Assembly (NCBI GenBank): GCA_013265495.1
Contig: MU057947.1
Location: 1,325,070-1,389,069, forward strand
Direction of reading: 5' to 3'
Source: Vicugna vicugna
Lineage: Eukaryota
Length of the DNA stretch: 64,000 nt
The notes under the pieces are model-generated. The model searched no databases, was not told the origin of the DNA, and worked only from the letters and a program-made list of their open reading frames with translations. Shown here one piece after another: positions 58,861 through 64,000 of the stretch (its first letter is position 1; each line of letters opens with the position of its first letter). The position numbers were made by a program, and so were the translations under genes.

Positions 58861-61800
58861 GCTCAGGCCAGGAGTGCAGGGTGCCCCAGGTGCTGGCCAT
58901 TTTATCACCCAATTTAAAAGCAGTCCTTAAGTCATGCTCCTGCATTAAGGCCATTTAGTTTATGCTCTAAACCTGATTTTATTCAAACATACATCTTTAG
59001 AACCATGTCCTGATCCCCAAGGGAGAAATTGAGTGCTCAAGAAATAGGATCAGCATATTTACCTTAAAAATGCGTCTCCAAGTACCTCCTGCCGTCTCGA
59101 TCCACAGGAATGGGGTTCCTCCGCCTGCGTAGGTCATATGCTCCTCTTTAGAAATAAAGTGAATTATAGCTGGCACGCCAGTTCACCGAAGCAACAGACA
59201 GCAAAGCCGAACGTGGTCGATTGTTTCTAAATAAATCCTCGGCTGCGGAGAAGCCATCCATCTCGACCGTCCCTGAAACTCGCTGATAAACTATAAATCC
59301 ATTAGGCGAGTCTCTCCGCGGCCATTTAGAACCAAGGAGTGAAAATATTTACGTGGGAAGCGCGATGTTCGGGGAGGAGCCGCCCCGAGAACGTGGTTCG
59401 TGTGTGGCGTGTCCGCAGAGGACGGCGTCTTCTTGCTCCGTTTTAATTTCCTTGTGGTCTTTGCAATCTTTCCTGTGCAAGCAGAAGCCTGTGCATATTT
59501 ATGGGGAAGAGCAGAACTTTTCATGGGATCAGGGCCGTAAATCCAGGCACCCTGAGGGGCGGGGCAGGCGAGGACCAGTTAGGCAGGGATCTGGGACCTA
59601 ATTTTCACTTAAAGTGGAGTTGAGCGGAGGAGGATTGCACTCATTCCTCACTTTTATAGGCTCCCGGGCAGGTAGGGGGTCAGGCTCCGAGTCACCGTCT
59701 CATCGCGCTGTGTTCTGAAGGACTCGCGGCAAGTCCACTTGGGGAGTTGAACCAAAGAGAGCCTTTCCAGGCCCCCTTGTTTCCAGTGACTGTTTACGGC
59801 GGAGGGCGGCGTTGTCCGGAAGCGGCCGTGAAGGTTTTCTCAGGGGGGTTGTGGCCGTGTTTCGCCGTGAGAGCAAGAGCCTGCGGACGGCGCCTGAGCG
59901 AGCATCCCCTCTGAAACGGCATGAGAAACGAGGATGATTTGTGTCTTCAATTAGGTGAGTGATCCATTCCTCACTGAGGACAAGAGCAAATTCCAGTGGA
60001 AGTGAGTTGACCTTTTCAAAAGTTTCTATGCGCCGTGCTGCCCAGAGATGAAGGCAGTTCTGCCAGGGGGGTGGCGTGGTGAAGCTGCGGGTGCCCTTGG
60101 CCCCCGGAGTGGAGCGGTGCCCCGGGGGGCGCGTGGGCCCGCTGGGGAGGCAGGGAGACCTGGTGGCCAGGGCCTCCGCCCTCCGTGGTGGTGCGGCCGG
60201 GGAAAAGGAGACTGACCGTCTCAGACCCTGGTGCCTCCAGGGATGGGGGAGGATACAGGGACAGTCAGCCAGGTCGCTCGTTAATTGTGTCCGTGGCCAG
60301 TTCTGCTTCCCGGGTCCTCCTGCCTGTCTCCGAGCTTCAGGAGGACGGGTGCCCTGGCCGCTCGCTGTCCGCTTTGTTCCCGGTGTAGGCTGTGTGGACC
60401 GCACCGGGGGTTCGGGGGTCCCCCATGTGCCAGGGTGTGTGTGGCAGGAGGTCCATATCAGGGAGGGAAGGAGCAGGCGCCCTCTGTTCGCTCGTTCAGC
60501 TCGCGGTGATGGAACACCTGCCAGCACATCGCTGGGGATTCGAAGAGGCAGGAGAGGAGGCAGGCTCCCAGGGTGGCTGAGCGTCCTCGTCCACACTTCA
60601 CAGGCATCAGCCGTTGTTGTCACCGGGGCCCATCAGTCCCACACCTCAGTGCAGACATTTACATATGCACGGGTGGTGAGGGCTCCAGGACCGTTCTTAG
60701 GGTCTTGAAGGCCATCCAAGGTCAGAGCACAGAGGAAATGAGGGAGAGGGGGCGTGTGTGTTAACTGTGCTGCCCTGAGCCATTCGCAGCTCCAGGAATG
60801 TGGGGTGTGGGCGTCAGGGCCCGTTCTATGGTGAAAGAGGGTTTACATGAAGATAGTCACCTTGGACGGACGGCCCCAGCTGGCGCCCATTGTCATTTGC
60901 TTGTCACTGGGGTTCCCTTTAACTCTCTGCACGTGATTTTCAGACAGACAGAGTGGGTCTGTGAACTGCTCCCATTACAGCTCCCTGGGGAAAACCTAAG
61001 AAATTAAAAAAGAAATTAAAGATGCTGCCCCACACCCTTCCTGGATTCCGCGTCGTTGGCAGGAGCCGTGCAGCAGGTGCCATGGTCGCCTCTCATCACC
61101 AGCGCCCCTCCAGGCCCTCGGCCATCGAGAGGCTCCTGCAAGGCTGGTGCTGGTCCTGGGATGCGCAGAGGCCCCTGGGCCTCGTCACCTGGGCTCCAGG
61201 CAGGTGGGGGCGGCGGCGGGGGAGCTGATGCTTTCCCGGAAGCACAGGGGCTGGAGGCCTGCAGGTGTGGCCCCAGGACCGCTGGTCGGGCTGGGCTGCA
61301 AGGAAGGAGACCTCCCAGCTCCCATGGAAGCAGCGCGAGCGTGAGCTGCTCCCACCAAGAAGGCCCTCCTGGGCCCTCCGTCCGGGGGCGGCTGAGCAGT
61401 GGGAGCGTCCCTGGGTCCCTGAGCTTTTGACCTCAGGCTCCCCCGTCCTCCCCTCACCCCCTGTGTGTGCACGGATGGAAACGCAGAGCTGGGAATGATG
61501 CCCCTACGGGTCATCCCAGACAGAGCAGGGCACCTGCCCAGCTTCCTCTCAGGACTGGAAGGAGAGCAGACTTGCCTCCTCATCCTGCAGCCTTGCTCGG
61601 TTCTTGCCAGGTCTCTCTGGAGGACGTCTTACTGCCGGTGTCCTCACACAGGGGCTGGACACGCGGTGGGAACGGGACCCTGAGCATCTGCTGGGAGGGA
61701 GCTGCGTTCCCACCTCGGGAAACTCCAACCTCCCATGTGGATCCAAGGAGTAGTGGCTCCCCCGAGCCCTCCCCCAGTTCCGTGTCCCAAAGATGCAGCC

Positions 61801-63664
61801 TGACACCAGGCTTCCGGGAGTGAGCCCCGTCTGTGATGCAGCCCCGGGGATGGCGCCCAGGGACCCCAGCAGAGAGCCCACTGCTGGGGCTCCGTGTGTT
61901 AGAAGAAACCACACCAAGAAAGTCAGAAGCATTTCTACAGCATGAGACTGTGGAGCCAGGGAAGAAGAGTAATAAATGACTCAGCTCTTTAAATGCTGCA
62001 AGGAGATGGGGACACATGCCAGGAAATCTGAATACAAAAAATATCGAATTTTGAGCATAGGAAGGCAAAAAACCCCACTGCTGAATAAATGAGATAAAGT
62101 GGTATTTTTAATAATAATATGCCTCGTTTAAGACCTGATTGTATCTGAAAGCGAAGGCATGGCGGGCCGGCTCGTGCCAGAGTGTGCCCACCCTCCAGCC
62201 TTGTTGAAATCAGCGGCATTTGTCTGTTGACGCAGCAAGTCGCTATATTCGGAGGTAATTAATTTAGTAATTAGAAACAGAAGTCACACACTGCTAGCCA
62301 TCAAGGATGTCTGTGCCTTAAGAGCGAATTTTGTGTTCTTATAGAAATGTGTCCAAAAAAAAGGGGGGGGGAAGCTATGGGGCCAATTTCCTTTGTAGTT
62401 ATAACTAGAAAATATCTTTAAACTCTTGCCGTCATATATACCCCGAGTGTAGTGCTCTTTCCACATGGCTGGTTTATCTTGACTTTCTCTGATAGAGAAA
62501 AGAAAAATTGGTTACAAGGGAATTTGTGTTGATTTGTCTTTTTGAAACGACTGACTGTCATCATTACTACGCTGAACCCAGTGTGTCCCTGCGGGGACAG
62601 AAGAAACTCATCAGGGAAAGGACGGTGAGGCTGGTGACCGGAAAGAGGGCGCCATCCATCTGGGATGGAGAGGCTGTCGGTGCCCCCGTTAGCCTGCCGT
62701 TCACCACACTCAGGGCGTGGGGTGATGCAGCTGTCTCGGGCAGGACTTGCAGATCCTCTCCCAGAGCATGGGGCCGGACTCCTGCGTCGACCGGCTCTGG
62801 GGTGAGGTCCGTCCAGTGAGCTGGTCTCAGGCGACACCAGGTCCTTGCCTTGGCACAGCAAACCTGGGGTGATCACCAGTGGGCCCTTGCTTTCCGACGA
62901 TGGTCAGCCTTGTGCGGTCAACACGCAGAAGGCGGCCCTAAACACGCCACAGAGGCACAGAGGAAAAGGAGGACGCTTCCGCCAGCCTTCCCCCACGGTG
63001 ACAGACGTATGTGCTTCCGCATCAAAGAGGCAGCAACGCTGTCAGAGTAACCGAGGAGGAAGACAGGGCTGCCCCGCTCTCCCGAGGGCTTGCTGAACTC
63101 CCTGCATGTTACTGGGTTATTTGACAGTGGGTTTTTAATGAAATGAAGTGTACAGTGCTCTGCCCGTTGGATTAAAATATGGAGCCGCCATTGCTGTCCG
63201 GAAGGCACTGTCTGATGAGCACGCGGAAACGCAGACGGCCGTGGCAGCGGTCAGCACGCATGCTTGGTGCGGGGGGGCTTGGTGCTCCCCGCAACTGCCT
63301 TTCTGGGTCAGGAGGAACGGTGTGACGTCGATTTGCTGCTCCCCCTTCATCATGCCAAACAGCGTTAGCAAGAAGTTTAAGAAGCATTTTTAAACATAAT
63401 TTTTAAAGGGAAAATACTGCTTTTCGTAGTAAAACATGTCCGCTCCTGTTTGATCCGCGTGGTGCGAGGCCCAGTAGCAGTGCTCAGACCTGTTTGGAGA
63501 AAAGTTGAAACGATTCTCCTGTGACGTGTTTAGTTCTGTTACTTTTTTTGGTGCTCAGACCCTTTCACTGTCCTGTTTCTTGTGCTTCAGGGAGCTACGC
63601 CCCAGTACTTGAGGCCGCCCTTCCTTATTCTCAAGTGACGTTCGCACGCCAGCCTGGGTTCTGG

Positions 63665-63830
63665 TGCCAGCGAGCTCTGGGCTCCGGCTCCTGTCACCGC
63701 CGGCTCTGTGACTGTGGACGCATCACTCGCCGTCCCCAGTTCAGTTTTCCCGCTTACCACGTGGGGCTGATAAGGTGTTGCCTTGTAGGGTGGTTGTGAG
63801 AGTTAAGAGTTAACGTGTGAGAAGCACCTG
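63665..63830 (+). mobile_element. MIR
   Basis: ctctgtgactgtggacgcatcactcgcc...tcagttttcccgcttaccacgtggggctgataa...gtagggtggttgtgagagttaa. Confidence 0.7.
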
Positions 63831-64000
63831 CGCAGACAACGACACGTGAGAGGAGGGCGAGAAGTAACTGCCGTCGTCACCCACCCCGGCAGCGGGTCCT
63901 GACTGAGGACGCGCTGTGCTGGGCGCCGATCGGGGCGCGAGGGGCATCGTCTCCAACCAGACAGCGCGGTTCCTGCCCCGTGGACTGTACGTTTCTATAA

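Noticed and set aside
59700..60623. 307-aa minus-strand ORF
   Set aside because: Low-complexity GC-driven composition, no homology recognised, overlapping antisense ORF.
1..64000. CRISPR arrays, prokaryotic operons, intact retroviral or transposase genes, host gene identity
   Set aside because: The sequence is mammalian. I saw no regularly spaced repeats and no intact gag/pol/env, ORF2 or transposase frame, and there is no exon from which to name a gene.

Overview
GC-rich, non-coding mammalian genomic DNA, either a long intron or a gene desert. I find no protein-coding exon I can recognise, no tRNA/rRNA/snRNA and no CRISPR array. The ORF track is explained by high GC content plus decayed LINE-1 reading frames. 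Recognisable content is mostly transposon relics: many L1 pieces (an old nested cluster at about 8.4-15.8 kb, an internally deleted 5'-to-3' element at 20.1-22.7 kb, and several short younger 3' ends, some with visible target-site duplications), three ERV1-type solo LTRs at 51.8-57.4 kb, MaLR (MLT1) LTRs, hAT MITEs (MER53 x2, MER63-like x2), L2 and MIR. The style of the young L1 3' ends, and my failure to see Alu, B1/B2, SINEC, PRE-1, Bov-tA or CHR-2 SINEs, suggest a cetartiodactyl, probably a camelid (inference, unverified). Repeat family names come from recalled consensus sequences and need RepeatMasker confirmation. I did not find a convincing new biological system. The best leads are: local AT-to-GC rewriting of old repeats that appears to create CpG islands, a probable L1 3' transduction, a doubly deleted L1, nested insertions giving relative ages, a candidate 45-nt symmetric microexon, a near-canonical RE1/NRSE site, and several AT-richer unique islands dense in homeodomain/TALE motifs (candidate enhancers).
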